From: Octopus sinensis | Lineage: Eukaryota | Assembly (NCBI RefSeq): GCF_006345805.1 | Contig: NC_043002.1 | Coordinates: 25,606,001-25,670,000 of the forward strand | Length of the DNA stretch: 64,000 nt | Direction of reading: 5' to 3' | Shown: positions 14,126 through 28,974 of the stretch, piece by piece | Layout of the letters: each line of letters opens with the position of its first letter | Numbering within the stretch: the stretch's first letter is position 1 | Translations under genes and position numbers: made by a program | Notes under the pieces: generated by a model | Told to the model about the DNA's origin: nothing | The model's database searches: none | Seen by the model: the letters and a program-made list of their open reading frames with translations, nothing else

Positions 14126-16336
14126 TATATATATATATATATACATATATATATGGCAGTAATTATTAAGTTGAGGTTATCCTTTCATAACCACATAATT
14201 ACTTTTACGTTATTTAATATCTAATTAACATTATGTTTTGTCATAATTCTTCGTTAGTAGTTCACAATATCAAGAAGGCTACGTGTGAAGATAAGTATAA
14301 CCATAGTAATATTTATATGTGATGTCATATACTTTATTAACCTGCGTCGTTTGTATTATGTGTTCATATAAATAATTTAATGGAATAATGATCAAGAAAC
14401 AATGAATATACAATAGGAATTTTCGGTGATACAACATCCTAGATAAGATGAAAGTAGTCCATAGTTACTGAAGGCAAAATAAGAAGAAGGAATTAAATCT
14501 ACTGCATATAATCAGTGAGCGGGATTCCAAACAACAATTAAAGGTTGGTGTTTTTGTGAAATACGACAAAAGTATGTTAAAATAAGGAAAGGTAAAAAAG
14601 GGCGTGAGGTCAACTTTTTGAGTAAAGTGATAAAGTTTCATCTGGATGGCTGAGTGGCTCTAGTCTGAGGCTGAATTGGCCAGGTTTTTATAACTGTTAG
14701 CCAAATTTTCTGGAACGTTTGGTCAATCTATCCGACGGGAAAGCTCGCATTCTTTCTTTGAAATTCATCACATCAGCCATAAAATATCAGCCAGTCTTGA
14801 CTGGTCGAGATTCACGTAGGTGTTAATACATTTATGGTGACATAAAAGTAAGTCGAAGTCCAGAGCTGGAAAAGTTTGAGAGCGATGGTTCAAAAGTCAA
14901 CCGGACCTTAAGAAAGAGTAAAAGTATTGTATCTAAATGGAGGACCCTTATGGGATAAAATGCATGGTATTCTCCAAGGAAATAATTTTCATTACACAGT
15001 ATTTAAACATGAAGCAAACACAAAGCGCAATTATTAAAGTCGTTTTAAATGCTAAGAGTCACTGTCTCAGATGGTGGGTGAGTTTACCTCATAAATACTC
15101 GCACAGAGACACACACAGATATAAACACACACAGATATAAACACACACAGACACACACCTACACAAACACATACAGACGCGCGTTGACACATTCACACAA
15201 GAACACAGACACACAGGAACACACACGGACACAGGCATATAGACATACACACACAAACACACACGTACATGCACATACATACACACGGTGGATCTCCGTC
15301 ATTTGAGGTTGAAGATTCAGTTGTTCCGTAAATTGAATTACCTGCTCCCAAATTAATGTATAAATGATTGAGTATTACACTGTTACGTGTATGCTTAATG
15401 TGATTCGCTGGTAGATTCAGCGTGACACGGTGTGTGATAACGCTGTACTTTTTGAATTACAGTTCCAATCCACCTGAAGTACCTAATCAATAGCATAGAA
15501 TTGATATATAAAATCATAAATTAAGCTAACACCGTAGGGGATAATTTAATTTGCATGTTCGTGCTTTTCGCGGTTCGTTATCTCCGAGGAACGGGCAACA
15601 AACCGTGTAACGGCTCGTCAAGAAACTTCTGTTTTTTCCTGTGCATTAAAATCATAGAAGAATTGCATTCGCATTCTTATTTTATCTACAATGAAACTGT
15701 AATAATTAAATGTATTTCACTTCAGATTCGCGCTGTTCTGCGCTTAAAATACATATTGTTTAATACGCGCATACATCTACCCTTTCTCCCTTTCACCCCC
15801 TCTCTCCAATCTCTCTCTACTTTTGTCCGCTAATTGCATGGATAATCTTAGTCAAACTTTTCCAACTGATATTTATATTTATTATGCCGATTTCCTCTTT
15901 GAGATAATTCCCCTTTTGTTAAAAGAAACATATTCGGGTGATTGGTAAAGACTCACTCACTAAAACACAGTTTCTGTTATCTTACCTACCGCTACCTCAA
16001 CAGTTTCTTTCGTCTGTTATAGCAAAACCTTTTCTAGGTCCTTGCGATCTACTAGCATCTTATCGAACATGAGATGGTACGCAGAGCTGTTTTAACGCCA
16101 CTTATTTAGCGTCACTGATTTGATGCTGACTTATTTGACATCAGACCTTTTTATGATTCTCTCATTCTATCCCTCCCTTCATTTTTTTCGTTTATGCGTG
16201 TGAGTATATTTATGTGCACGAGGAGAGGGAAAGTGTTTGTCACTCGTCTTTCATTCTTTATGTTAATCGTCTCTCTCCCTTTCCCCCTCTCCTCTCCCTC
16301 AATATTCCCTCTCGCCTCTCCTTCAATCTCAATCTC

Positions 16337-16470
16337 TTACTCCCCCTCTCTCCTCTCTTACTCTCCCTCTCTCCTCTCTTACTCTCCCTCTCTCCTCTCT
16401 TACTCTCCCTCTCTCCTCTCTTACTCTCCCTCTCTCCTCTCTTACTCCCTCTTTCTCCCCTCTTACTTTC
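16337..16470. repeat. 21-nt pyrimidine-rich minisatellite (CTCTCCCTCTCTCCTCTCTTA)
   Basis: About 5-6 tandem units, visible as SYSPSLL repeats in the ORF track. Confidence 0.9.
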
Positions 16471-16569
16471 CCGTCTTACTCTCCCTTCTTACTCTCTCTC
16501 TTTTTATCTGTATGTGTATATTTCTGCGCGTACGTGTGTTTTCCTCCAGTGCTAAAAAGTACTGTCACC

Positions 16570-16790
16570 AAAACTAGCCGTACCAAATTATCTGTGTCCC
16601 AACATTCGCGCCAAATCACCTCATTCCGCTTCTTATTTCATCATCCCTATTAATGCGTATGACAAAACGCTATACCCACTCCATCATCTCCAGAATTGTT
16701 GCCATCTGGAAGGAAATCTATTCCCAGCAAACTTTGATGAACAAAACCTTAAACTGAACATCAGTCGCCTCGGCTTTTCCTGTGAGGGAA
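16570..16790 (+). mobile_element. Degenerate CR1/L2-like LINE 3' end fragment
   Basis: TKRYTHSIISRIVAIW-like relic of the same terminal motif; heavily decayed. Confidence 0.4.
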
Positions 16791-18218
16791 GATTTGCAAA
16801 AGCCACGAGCATTGTTGCTTCTTCCTCGTCCGACATTTTTGTCTTTTATATTATCGGAAATTGCTCTCAGCTGTTAAAACAGACCCCAAGTAACAGCTTA
16901 ATATTTGTGAGTTACAAAAGAAAAGGAAAGAAAAGAAAATTTAAGAAGAATCTGCCCTAATACATGTAGTCTCATTTATCACTGATTCCTTCACTGATTC
17001 GAGGTAACACAGTACGTTCTATTCTAACCATGTTACGCTTATTACGGATGGATCTGTGATAACACGGGTTGGCGATCAGATTCTGCTTGTACCGCAAAAA
17101 CGCATCTCAGCAACCACCCACAATGCTCACATCCCTTGAATACACTGACTGTCGCTGTGTTTGCATGACAAAGCTGTAAGACTGCAGATTTTTTTGTATG
17201 ATTTACATATTCGTACTCCTAAGGATTCAGACAAATATATTTTCCACAGGAAAAGGTAGGTAATTAAAAAAAAATAAATGACGGTAGAATCTTCGCTACT
17301 GTGGGTCGCGCGTTTGGCGTCAATGAATCTACCACTCATTCATTTATTCCATTCACAAAGCTCTTGGAGATGATTCATTTATCACGAATTCATTTATCAC
17401 TGTTTTTGTTTTAACGAAACAGTGATAAATGAATTCGTGACAAACAACGATAGATGTAATTATAAAATGATCAAGGTAAGATTTAAAGAATGACGATCGT
17501 ATGTCTGCGAAACAAGAAGGAAAATAATTCCGTAAGATAGATACGAGGTAATAAAAAAAAATATTTGAATTGAAATACCATTTACAAGAGGCGGACAACA
17601 AATGTGACAGGATGAGAATTAGCAGAAAGATCAATAATATTAACTAAAAAAAACAAAACAAAACAAAACAAAAAAAACAAAATAAACAAAAAAAAAAACA
17701 ATTATGAAATCCATTCCCTATAAGTATATGTAATCAAACAATTTTATTTAAAATCATAGAAGATCGAACTTACTGACCTGTTTGTCATAGGTAACACATT
17801 TTTAATAAGTTATGTAAGGTATGAATAATAGCAGGTTTTATAAGAAGCTAGACGTGAAAAAATATATTAATAAACAATTTAAAAAAAATGGTAAACCGCA
17901 CCCTGACCATAAATAATGCTAAGAAAGAGAAGTGGCATAGCAATTAGATTACATTGAATAAAAGAGTTATGTGCAAGTCATGTTATTTCGATGCTTTGAA
18001 TAGTTCTGAAGAAATGGTTAGAATTTGGAACAACAATTGGTGTTTAGAGCTCACAGAATACAAAAATAATCAACCTTTTCAATGTTTGTTTATTTTTATT
18101 TGTTGTATTCATTTACATGGAATGTTGGAAATGAATTTGCAAAGACCGAGAAATGTCATGATTTGTTGAAGTAATAATAATAATAATAATAATAATAATG
18201 ATAATAATAATAATAATG

Positions 18219-18274
<56 letters not shown>

Positions 18275-18424
18275 GTATTCATGCCCTGAAAAAACATACG
18301 TACACACATATATAGACGTATATAGATGTAGACATACAATCATTTATATGCACAATAAGGACAAATATAAACATGCATACAGGCATATATATATATGTAT
18401 AATATGTGTGTATGCGTGCGTGTG

Positions 18425-18480
<56 letters not shown>

Positions 18481-18552
18481 ATATATGTATGAATGTAGAT
18501 ATATATTTCTTTTATTCTTTTATTCATATGTATATGTATATATGTGTGTGTA

Positions 18553-18600
<48 letters not shown>

Positions 18601-18739
18601 ATATATATACATATATATGTATTTATGTATATATATATATAATTATATATAATTATATATACATATATATGTATTTATGTATATATATATATACATATAT
18701 ATGTAAGAACATATATATATATATTTATGTATATATATA

Positions 18740-18798
<59 letters not shown>

Positions 18799-19183
18799 TG
18801 TATGTGTATATGTATGCATGCATATATATGCATCTATATATATGTGTGTATATAGATTATGTATGTATATATGTGTGTGTATGCATACATATGTATATAA
18901 ATGTATAAATGTGTATGTGCGTATATCAACAAACTCAACACACACACATGCACATAAACACATGCTCATGCTTACACACACACACACATTGCCCGTACAA
19001 ATAAATACCGACACCCTCACACAGATACACCCCTACGCATATTCCCATATCTACATCCATAAAAAGTCATCTACATTTGCACACCACACGCGCAGACACA
19101 TACCCTCATATTGAAAGAAGGGAAAAACGTAGCTGATCAAAGTAAATAAAAAGTCAACAAACATTATAATATAGTTGCTAACA

Positions 19184-19235
<52 letters not shown>

Positions 19236-19276
19236 GATACACACACACATATCTACCTACGTACCTACCAACCTGC

Positions 19277-19396
<120 letters not shown>

Positions 19397-19900
19397 ATGG
19401 CACGTATGAATGACGAAGCCACCTTGAGCATAATCCTATGAACCCAGAAATTGAAAACAGAGGGTTACCCACTTGAAAACAGATGTGGTAACATATAACA
19501 ATATTGACCAAGGTTACCGTGGTCTTTTTCGTAGGCTTTTCTTCCCACGGATAAACCTTACTTGCTTTCCCCTTTACACCATATATCATAACACTGTGAT
19601 ACACGATCCCTATTGATCGTTCTTTTTTTTTCCTCTTCCCCTTTTTTCTTCTTTTTTCATTTCTCTTTCCTTTCGTTCCTTTTCTTTTTTTCTTCTTTTT
19701 CTTCTTTTTATTAAAATTTTTTTTTTGTTTTTGTTTTTGTTTTTGTTCTTTTCTTCCCTTTTACGATCCCTCTTGATCGAAAACCTACGCCACCCCCCCT
19801 TTTTTTCTTTTGTTTTTTGTTCTCTTCATCCCCCAAAAGAAAAGCTCTACCTTGTAACTTGTCCCATCTGTGTGCAGCCCTGTGTGGCCAATAAAGAAAC

Positions 19901-19901
<1 letters not shown>
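19397..19901 (+). mobile_element. 5'-truncated Tx1-type LINE 3' end between two (TATC)n tracts
   Basis: Starts with MARMNDEATLSIIL* (resembles a Tx1 ORF2 C-terminus); T-rich 3' UTR ends ...GTGCAGCCCTGTGTGGCCAATAAAGAAAC then (TATC)n; same 3' end as 43521-43648. Confidence 0.65.
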
Positions 19902-19978
<77 letters not shown>

Positions 19979-19981
19979 CTT

Positions 19982-20013
<32 letters not shown>

Positions 20014-20301
20014 TATGTATACATATATCTATGTATATACATATATATACATACATATATACATACACACACACGTACGCGCGCGCACACACACACGCAC
20101 ATATATCGTACACAAATGAACAAATGATTATGAGAGTGGACTTTAACAAGTGCCTCACCTACTCTATTTGTTTAAATAAATACTCTAAAAACGTTTACTT
20201 TAAGTAGTATGACATGTGTACACTGTTTTCTCTTTTTCCTTGAGATAGAAAACATACGTATGGATGTTTGTGTATGTGTGCATGTATGCGTCCGGACGTA
20301 T

Positions 20302-20476
<175 letters not shown>

Positions 20477-20529
20477 TAATAATAATAATAATAATAATAT
20501 AATAATATAATAATAATAATATAATAATA

Positions 20530-20595
<66 letters not shown>

Positions 20596-20596
20596 C

Positions 20597-21600
20597 ACGA
20601 AGTATTGACAAAAAGATCGAGGTCGGTACAGGACGATACAGTGTGGGATTATATAAAAAGATGTGTAAACAAGAGATTACAAAACAAAAAGAAAAACTCG
20701 AAAAGAATAAAAATTCTCCACAAGGTGGGGAGATGGTGCTAGACTTTCTCAAAAGTACTTGCGGAACCCCAGAAAAACCACGGTCACTCTGACCACTAAG
20801 GCAGGTGTCCTCACCCAGCTGTCTTTGTCTAATTAACAGGCGTGTGATTTGAGTCATGCTCTTTCACTCGGACCATACTCGACGATCTCAACAAACTCAT
20901 CCACTTTCCAATAAATTTACTAGGAAGAAGCACTTCCTTTCCCAACCTCATTTTCCTTCTTCAGTAAAACCGGACAATGTTGATGAGCGCTTGACCAAAG
21001 AGTAATGTATCTCCGTTCAGCTCTTTCAGTCTCGTCCACTACACAGCTACTTTCTAAGTTCACCAGACAGATAAAAACTATCTATTTTCGCCCTAAACAA
21101 GACGGCAGGCGATCTTCACAATTGCCCCAGCTGATAGCTGGACCCGTCCTAAACGCGCTGGCACTATACGTCATATTTCCACCTGTCAAAATGCTCGGCC
21201 ACTGAATGAATGCGCGTAGAACGGTTTCGTTACCTTGCGCGCATCTTGGACAGGCTCAGTTGACAGTACTTCAATGTTTGCAGAGTTTCTCCAGAACCGG
21301 CAATCCCCACCCTCCGTTAGCACAAACGGACCAGGGATTTCTAGAAATTATCCAGCATTATGGATCCAGGTGATAGCCGAAACTGACAAGCCAATTGACT
21401 TCCATCGACACCCAGAATTTTCCCGAGAATGGCGTCGCTGTCCACGATTAATCATTTAGAGTGTCAACGTGGAAATTTCACCTATCGTATTACTCGACTG
21501 TTAGAAAGCTGTGAATGCTCAACAACATTCCAGATGCCAAACGTCCTGCTTCCGTCTCTGATTCAGGACTTCAGCTCTATCAAAGAGGCAAGCTAGAGGA
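20597..21600 (-). mobile_element. Tx1/L1-type LINE 3' portion with an (ATT)n tail
   Basis: Minus-strand degenerate ORF2 C-terminal pieces (VVWTRLKEL, KRKMRL), a T-rich 3' UTR, then (ATT)n at ~20478-20596. Confidence 0.6.
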
Positions 21601-21719
21601 AAACGTGCCTGACAAACAGGCAAGATTTTAAAGAATGATGATCGTATGTCTGCGAAACAAGAAGGAAAATAATTCCGTAAGACAGATGTACGAGGTAATA
21701 AAAATTTTAAAAAAATCTA

Positions 21720-21951
21720 TTTGAGGGTGTTATGGTGCAAGTTTAGACCACGGGCGTACGAAGCCGAAAATGGCAGCCAATTAAGCGATATCATTTTTCA
21801 CACGTGATGTAGAGGTGATGCAAACTTTGACGTGGGCATATTAATTTCCATTATGTCCTTTATATCGTATCAAAATTTCATGCATTTATTTGTAAAGTTA
21901 AGGAAGTTATTAAAAATTGAATCCCATCAGTGACTTTTGGGACATCCTGTA
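21720..21951. mobile_element. Tc1/mariner-like terminal fragment (single TIR)
   Basis: Ends GTGACTTTTGGGACATCCTG|TA (reverse complement TA|CAGGATGTCCCAAAAGTCAC); no partner TIR found. Confidence 0.4.
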
Positions 21952-22195
21952 TATGCATATAGGTGTATGTGCGTAGGTGTGTGCGTCTTTGTGCTTGTCT
22001 TCCACTGCCGCTCGACTGGTGGTGTCAGTTTCGATCGAATCCCCTGCGAGTTAACTCGGGATATCCTAACGCCGATGTAAATTTCACGTAATCAAGGTAT
22101 CCTTGGCCTGAAGAGTAGTTTGCGGTCTACACATCTTTTGGATAATTTCAACTTACGAAGTTTCGCTAGCTATGAAACATATGTAGGCTTGAATG

Positions 22196-22234
<39 letters not shown>

Positions 22235-22455
22235 CCTGAGAACTTCGTTAGGGGTACACGTGTCTATGGATTGCTCAGTCACTTGCACGTTAATTTCACG
22301 AGCAAGCTGTTCCGTTGATCGTATCAGCTGGGACCCTCGTCGTCGTAACACGACGGAGTGCTCCTAGAAGTACAGTAGCTATACTTATGTCAGAGATTTC
22401 ATCGAAATTTAGCAAACAATTTAATAAAGAGAAAGTATATAAAAATAACTTACAA

Positions 22456-22594
22456 ATAGGTGCAGGAGTGGCTGGGTGGTTCTGGGTTAAGTCCCACTGC
22501 GTGGCACCTTGGGCAAGTGTCTTCTACTATAGCCTCGGGCCGGCCAAAGCCTTGTGGGTGGATTTGGTAGATGGAAACTGAAAGAAGCCCGTCG

Positions 22595-22678
<84 letters not shown>

Positions 22679-22895
22679 TGTGTGTGTTTGTGTGTCTGTG
22701 TTTGTCCCCCTAGCATTGCTTGACAACCGATGCTGGTGTGTTTATGTCTCCGTTACTTAGCGGTTCGGCAAAAGAGACCGATAGAATAAGTACTGGGCTT
22801 ACAAAAGAATAAGTCCCGGGGTCGAGTTGCTCGATTAAAGGTGGTGCTCCAGCATGGCCGCAGTCAAATGACTGAAACAAGTAAAAGAGTAAATA
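22456..22895 (+). mobile_element. SINE family A with a small deletion in the tRNA head
   Basis: AGGTGCAGGAGTGGCTG...CCTTGGGCAAGTGTCTTCTACTATAGCC...(TA)n...GAAACAAGTAAAAGAG. Confidence 0.9.
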
Positions 22896-23994
22896 GTTCT
22901 TAGAGAGAGAATTATTCAAGATGGCTCACAGTTACTCCTAATGCCTACTATCCTCTTATTCCGCGAGGCATACTTTGGCATTCAACCTTTTGGTGTCGAT
23001 AAAATAAGTACAAGTCGAAGACTGGAGTCGATGTAAACAACTTAGGTCCTACCCCTAAACTGCTGGCCTTGTGAAAAAGTTTGAGGCCAATATCTTTACC
23101 TTTCAAAGGGTTTGGATTTTACAGAATCATTACATCTTTGTTTTTCATCATTTCGGGGTCGATAAAATAAGTACTAGTTAAGTACAAAGTTCATTTTAAT
23201 CGATTAATTCCCTTTCCCATTTCTTTCCTTTCTGCCTTTCTCTCCCTCCCCATTTCTGTTTCCGAATTCGTTACGCTGTGGGTGGGTGACTGGAGAACCC
23301 CATCGTGTTCTTTCTCATTAGTTTTTCCCTCACGAATAGGAAAGAGGTTTGAGTTACAGGTTAACAACATCTCGTTGGACATTCTATAAAGATCAGCCTG
23401 AAAAACATAGTTTTACTAGATACGAAGCTGTTGTTACTGTTTCATGCGACCAATACTGACATTGTAGGCATTGGAGACATGTAAAAAATAATATTCACAT
23501 CAGCGCGATGTGAACTAAAAAATGCTAATTATTTTTATTTACATACTGGTTTCAGCTATCTTCCCTCTTCAACGACAACGCCATGATGACAGTAATAGTG
23601 AGGATGCTGCTGCTGCTCTTCTTCTTCTTCTTCTTCTTCTTCTTCAATCAAGACTCACGCCATTAGCCACAAAGAATAATCTCTTATTCGAGCCTACTCT
23701 AAGCTACTAAGAATGCGTGTGACAACTTGAAGATCCACCCACCAAACGCGATGGACTGGCGGTTGCACGGGCGCGGAAACTACGTTGTTATCCTTATTCC
23801 GTAAACGGTGGCTTTTCACGAGTGGAGAGCTGAACCATCCTGGGGTACGGAGGATTCGCAATCTAGACTAGGGTCTGAAAGTTTACCACACCATAGTGGG
23901 TTACACCATGGTTCCTCTGCTTTGTGGAAGAGTAGGAAGAAAGAGTGAGAGAAAGTTGTGGTGAAAGAGTACAGTGGGGTTCACCACCCCTCTC

Positions 23995-24122
23995 CGCCGG
24001 AGACTCGTAGAGCTTAGATGTTTTTGCTCAATAAACACTCACAATGCCCGGTCTGGGAATCGAAACCGCGTTCTTACGACCGCGAGTCTGCTGCCCTAAC
24101 CACTGGGCCATTGCGCCTCCAC
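23995..24122 (-). mobile_element. tRNA-derived SINE head
   Basis: TGGAGGCGCAATGGCCCAGTGGTTAGGGCAGC...GGTTTCGATTCCCAGACCGGGC, then a non-tRNA body. Confidence 0.75.
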
Positions 24123-24654
24123 GGATGCTGCTGCTGATAACCACGACAACTGTAAAGAGGATTACGATGACGACAACGGTAGCAGCAGTGACGACGACGA
24201 TAATGATGATGGGTTGACAGAGGTAAAAAAAAAAAACAAGAATGAAACAAAACAAATAGCTAATGTCATGAAGAACAGGTATTGCAAGTAAAGAACAGGT
24301 GAAATGAAAATAAACTTACTCCACCTAAGTAAATGCTGCCTCGCCAAACATTTCGTTTCTGTTTATTGTCTGTTTTGTTATATCGTCATGTGAGAGTATG
24401 TAACTAAACATGTGATTTAAGGATCTGTAAATTTGAATATTAACCCGGTTGGACAAAACTACTTTCCTAATTTTATAAAAAAACCAAAAAAAAAAACCCC
24501 AAAACAAAACAAAACAAAATAAAAAAAAACAGATTCATCCTTGCAGATTCATTGGTTACTTAGCTACAAGTTGCAGTTTTGATTAAATAAATCTTATGTA
24601 AGTATAAATGATACTCTACCACTTCAAAAATGCTAGCAAAATTATTGTTGTTTA

Positions 24655-25075
24655 TAAATTTAGAGGAAAAGGGTTAGTCGATTAAAATTAAACCGACTCC
24701 TGTCCCTGACCGGTATTTTATTTCATGATTCAGGAGTTATGAAAAGCAAGGTCGAGCGTACAAGGATTTGAATTCAGAATGTAAAGAGCCGGAAAAAATA
24801 CCGCAGGGCATTTTTTCCCCGCTATTTTTAACGTTTTAACGGTTCTACTTATAATCTACCACCTTAATAATAATGATTATAACAACGGTTTCTAATTTAG
24901 GCACGTGGCCAGCAGTTTCGTGGGGAGGTGGTTTCTTGACTGGTACTTTGTTTGATCGACCCCGAAAAGCTGAAAGGCGAAGTCGACCTCGGTGGTGTTT
25001 GAACTCAGAATGATAAGAGCCGAAATACTCCATGGCATCTGTTCTGAGGCTTTAACGATTCTGCCAATACAACGT
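24655..25075 (-). mobile_element. Two degenerate SINE family B copies
   Basis: GAAAGGCGAAGTCGACCTCGGTGGTGTTTGAACTCAGAA core at ~24970 and a more diverged copy at ~24740. Confidence 0.7.
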
Positions 25076-25174
25076 CCTCATTTATGATGATTATTATGGT
25101 TTCTGGTTTAGACACAGTCAACAATTTTAAGGTGATGACGGTTAGCCTATAAAAAAGACCCTAATGGTCAACGG

Positions 25175-25620
25175 CTCAATGGAACAGTCATTTCTCTGAT
25201 GAATCATTATTCACCATTTTCCCAATTCAGGGCGAAGCTTTTAACTCTAATTGTTCGGCCTCAACCGTGCAGCATGAAGGAGGTCCTGTGATAATTTGAG
25301 CAGCCATATTAAAGAATTCTCTTGACCCTTTAGTTGCTCTACACGATAGAGCCAATATCTAGGAGTATCTGAGTATTTTGGCTGATCATTTCCACCCTCT
25401 GTCACAAATATTATTCTCTGATGGTTGCACAATCTTCACACGGCTTATATTATTCAAAATTGTTACGGAGAGCACAAAAGTGTAAATCACTTGAATTGCT
25501 TCCCTGCTCTATCACTGGCTCTCAATATAATCGAACATCTATGGTTCATTTTGGAGCAGCAAGTGAGGAGCCTTTTCTGCCTATTGTCTTCGTTGAAAGA
25601 GCCAATTTGTTAGGAACCTT
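25175..25620 (+). mobile_element. Tc1-like (DD34E) transposase fragment
   Basis: FSDESLFTIFP...TVQHEGGPVII*AAI...EYLSILADHFHPLSQILF...LALNIIEHLWFILEQQVRS corresponds to Tc1 FSDES / TVKHGGGSVMIW / PDLNIIEPLW motifs; frameshifted. Confidence 0.85.
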
Positions 25621-26094
25621 TTTTTTGTTCTGTTGCATTAACCTAGCAACTATTTTAATTTCTAACCGAGATACAAGACCTCTGTTTCAAGGTAGAGTGC
25701 AATCGATTAGATAAATCTTCTCTTGAACTTTGTTTTATCGCTATCATAAGGATGAATGATAAAGTCAACCTTGCCAGGATTCGAACTCAGATGCAAATAA
25801 GTCAAAGTTAAATATTGCAAAATAGCTTTATATGACACTCAACATTAGGATGACAACTACTAAATACTGCAGAATATTTTTATCCGAAGCTCAACATTAG
25901 GACGATAGCTGTTATCACAAAACATGATAACTGCTACTCTTACGAGGGATAAACTGTATCTTTGTGATCTATTTTAAAAAATCCTAATGTTGTGTCATAT
26001 TAACCGGTTTCAGTGGTTTTGTGTGTGAATAAGTAACTCATTAGTTCGGTTCTTTCTGTGAACTCGCAGTAAAATAGGAACTTTAATATTTTAA

Positions 26095-26312
26095 ACTATA
26101 CCAAGGTGGTGGGAACAAAGACAGACACGAAAACGGATACACACACACACACATATATATATATACGATGGTCGTCCTTCAGTTTCTGTTTGGCAAGGCT
26201 TTAGTCGGCCCGAGGCTACAGTAAAATACACTTGCCCAAAGTGCCACGCAGTGGGACTGAACCCGGAACTAGGCGGTTGGGAAGCAAACTTATCACATAG
26301 CCACGCCTGCAC
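26095..26312 (-). mobile_element. SINE family A-related copy (head plus CORE-like part)
   Basis: ACTTGCCCAAAGTGCCACGCAGTGGGACTGAACCC shared with family A; different tail. Confidence 0.8.
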
Positions 26313-27649
26313 TCGTTAAAATATTCTTTAAGCTTTGATACATTACAAACACACTGCAGTGGTCCTACCAATAAAAGAAGATTGTGGTGATTACTTGATC
26401 CATTTTAGCAATTCGATGGGTTAGTAAAATATGTAGATGCAAGATGACTGAGTTGATAAAGTAGTGGACTACCTATTAAATATCTTAAGTTCGGATCCAC
26501 TGAAAAATCTACACTCCTTTTCTCAATATAATGTACAGTCTACATTATTTACGCTCAGCTAGATGGGAAAAATACTGAATAATCTCAAGGAAAACTTGAT
26601 GTCTATTCCACTTCACACCAAGTAGTTGAAGTTAAGGTCTGTCCCTGAAAAGTTTTTCTGGGTTCATCGGGTATTCCTATTTATTAAAAAGAAACATAAA
26701 CGAAGGTAACGAGAAGACAAGATTAGCACTAAGCAAAATTCCGCTGAATTGCGTATACGAAACGGTTTCCATTAAAAGTTTCAGTCATTTTTGTGTTCGT
26801 TGCATCTCTGAATAAAAGTACTGTTCATTCTTTCTTCCCCACTGAAAATAATGAAAATAAAAGTCCACGGAAAGATACGACAGATTACAATTAGAGAACA
26901 TGGTCCTTTTATGTTTGATAATAACTAAATATTTTTACATGCACATGATTTATGTAACTTATCTCTTTCTGTTTATTATCTTGTCATCTGTAATAATTCA
27001 AACCATACATATGATGCATCTGATATATAACGATACAAATGCACATCAAAACTGTAAACAACCTTTTGGTTAATATAAAATAATAGTAAAATAGTGTTCA
27101 ATTTGAACACCGTCTTTGCTCTAAAAACAGTTTTCATTCATTGGGGCCACCTTCTTTTCTACTTCCTGTCGCCATTTTAAAACTTTGATTCACTTCTTTG
27201 ACATTTCCGCCAACATGACGATAATGTTATAGCAATTATAATTTTAGAAAAATGGAAGTAATATTGTTCATATATACCAAGTAAAGCAAACGAAAGCGCG
27301 CTCACGTTTGACTATTTTATAACTTTCAATTTTTCCTTAAAATGTTTTACTATTGAGGATTATTTCAATATTTCATATAAATATTTATTGTTAGTTTACG
27401 AAATTTTCATTTCCTTTTCATATTTCACTATTTTACAAGTTTGAATGTTTCACGAAATGATTGGGAAGGTTACCTTGGGCTGTGACATCCTATTTAGACG
27501 AGATAATACACACACACACATTGCATAAACCAAGGGAAAATTCGCTTAGTTTTTTGAATATTGCACAAATAAAGTGCTCGACTGATAAATTATTTTAAAG
27601 ACCATGAAACGATAAAAAACAAAGCTGACCTTGGCAGTGCAAGGCATTC

Positions 27650-28740
27650 GGGCGAAATTTACAATTTGCATAAAAAGAAAAGAAAATACAACATCCCATC
27701 CAAAAATAAAATTACTGTAAAAGAAAATATCAACGAATCACAGCTAAATTATAGCTGGGAAGTGACAGTTTACTCAAAGTAGCCGTCTTCAGCCTTTGGC
27801 GCATGCGTTCCTCACTGTGTCCCTGAGAAGATCTTCGAACACTCCCTTGATCATGTCCACTAGTTCGGCCTTGGTGTTTGCAGGCAGAACGGTTGGTGAC
27901 TTTCTCAACTGCATCTCACACATAGTAATCCATGGGTTTAGAATTGGGGGATGCCAGAAATTGGGGTTGTTGAAGTCGTAGAAATTCTCCGACAGCCACT
28001 TCTAACTCTTACCGGAGGTATGGCAAAGATCCGAATCCTGCTGCAACACATATGGCTTTCCAGCAATAACCCTCTCCAGGTGGGGATTTACCACAGTCTC
28101 CAGAAGCTTCACATAACCGTCTGAATTGAGCTTAAGGCTCTGTTCAAAGATGTGGGACGGCATGACGTTACCCTCACTATCAGTGACCAAATACCATGAT
28201 ATGTAGGACATCCCATGGATTGTAGACAAGCCATCTGTTATTCTGGATGTTGTGCAACTGGCCCTAGCAGAAGTTCTTTTCTTTTGAGAAGAACCAGATC
28301 ATTGCAGACTCAACAGGATATCTCAGCTTATTCAGAAGCCTATTTACCTTCGTCAAGCAGTTCTCTTTGGCCTTGGTTGTCAGAATTTGTCCCTTGCACC
28401 ACTTGTACGAGAGGCGGCGAAGATTCTCATCATGACGACTCCAACATCTATCTCTCTCGCCAAAGTCCGGATTCCTTTGCTCAGATCTTCTATCACATTG
28501 TTGTGAAGTTGTTGAATGAATCCTGGCGTGCGGACGCAGCCAGAGCACCTGTTGGCCACAACTTCGTTGTCTCCGTTGCAATTGTCCATATAACGTCTTA
28601 CAATCTTTACAGTGTTCATAGAGCATCGGGCAGAAATCAGGCTGTAGGCAATTTGATACTCGATGCGAATCATCTTGATGCATGTCACACTTTTATAATA
28701 CTCAGTTGGCTTCTAGTCTTCCATGTCAGCTAACCTTTTC
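27650..28740 (-). mobile_element. maT (DD37D)-like transposase relic
   Basis: RTPGFIQQLHNNVIEDLSKGIRTLARE (HTH region); DSEGNVMPSHIFEQSLKLNSDGYVKLLETVVNPHLERVIAGKPYVLQQDSDLCHTSGKS; then PMDYYV (third D). Multiple frameshifts; TIRs not resolved. Confidence 0.8.
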
Positions 28741-28974
28741 TTAGCTACAACTTTAATCTTTATGCTCTCAAGCGCTGTTGACTATTCAGCAATACATCAA
28801 GCTGTTTCTAAGAAAGGAGATATAAAAGATCGTCAAATTTTGACCGAATACCCTGAATTTGAACTAAATACGTAAAGGGCCGTAGCCTAGCATTTTGTCC
28901 AGCGCCCTAACAATTCGGTCAATATGAAAAAGAAAGAAATGATTTGCAAATAAACCGGTAACAAACCCTTTTCT

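Noticed and set aside
16960-17340. GC-richer unique segment as possible exon(s)
   Set aside because: No frame gave a recognisable product or a convincing splice-site pair.
22107-22135. CUGAAGA followed by a GUAG/CUAC stem
   Set aside because: No GAAA box after the stem.
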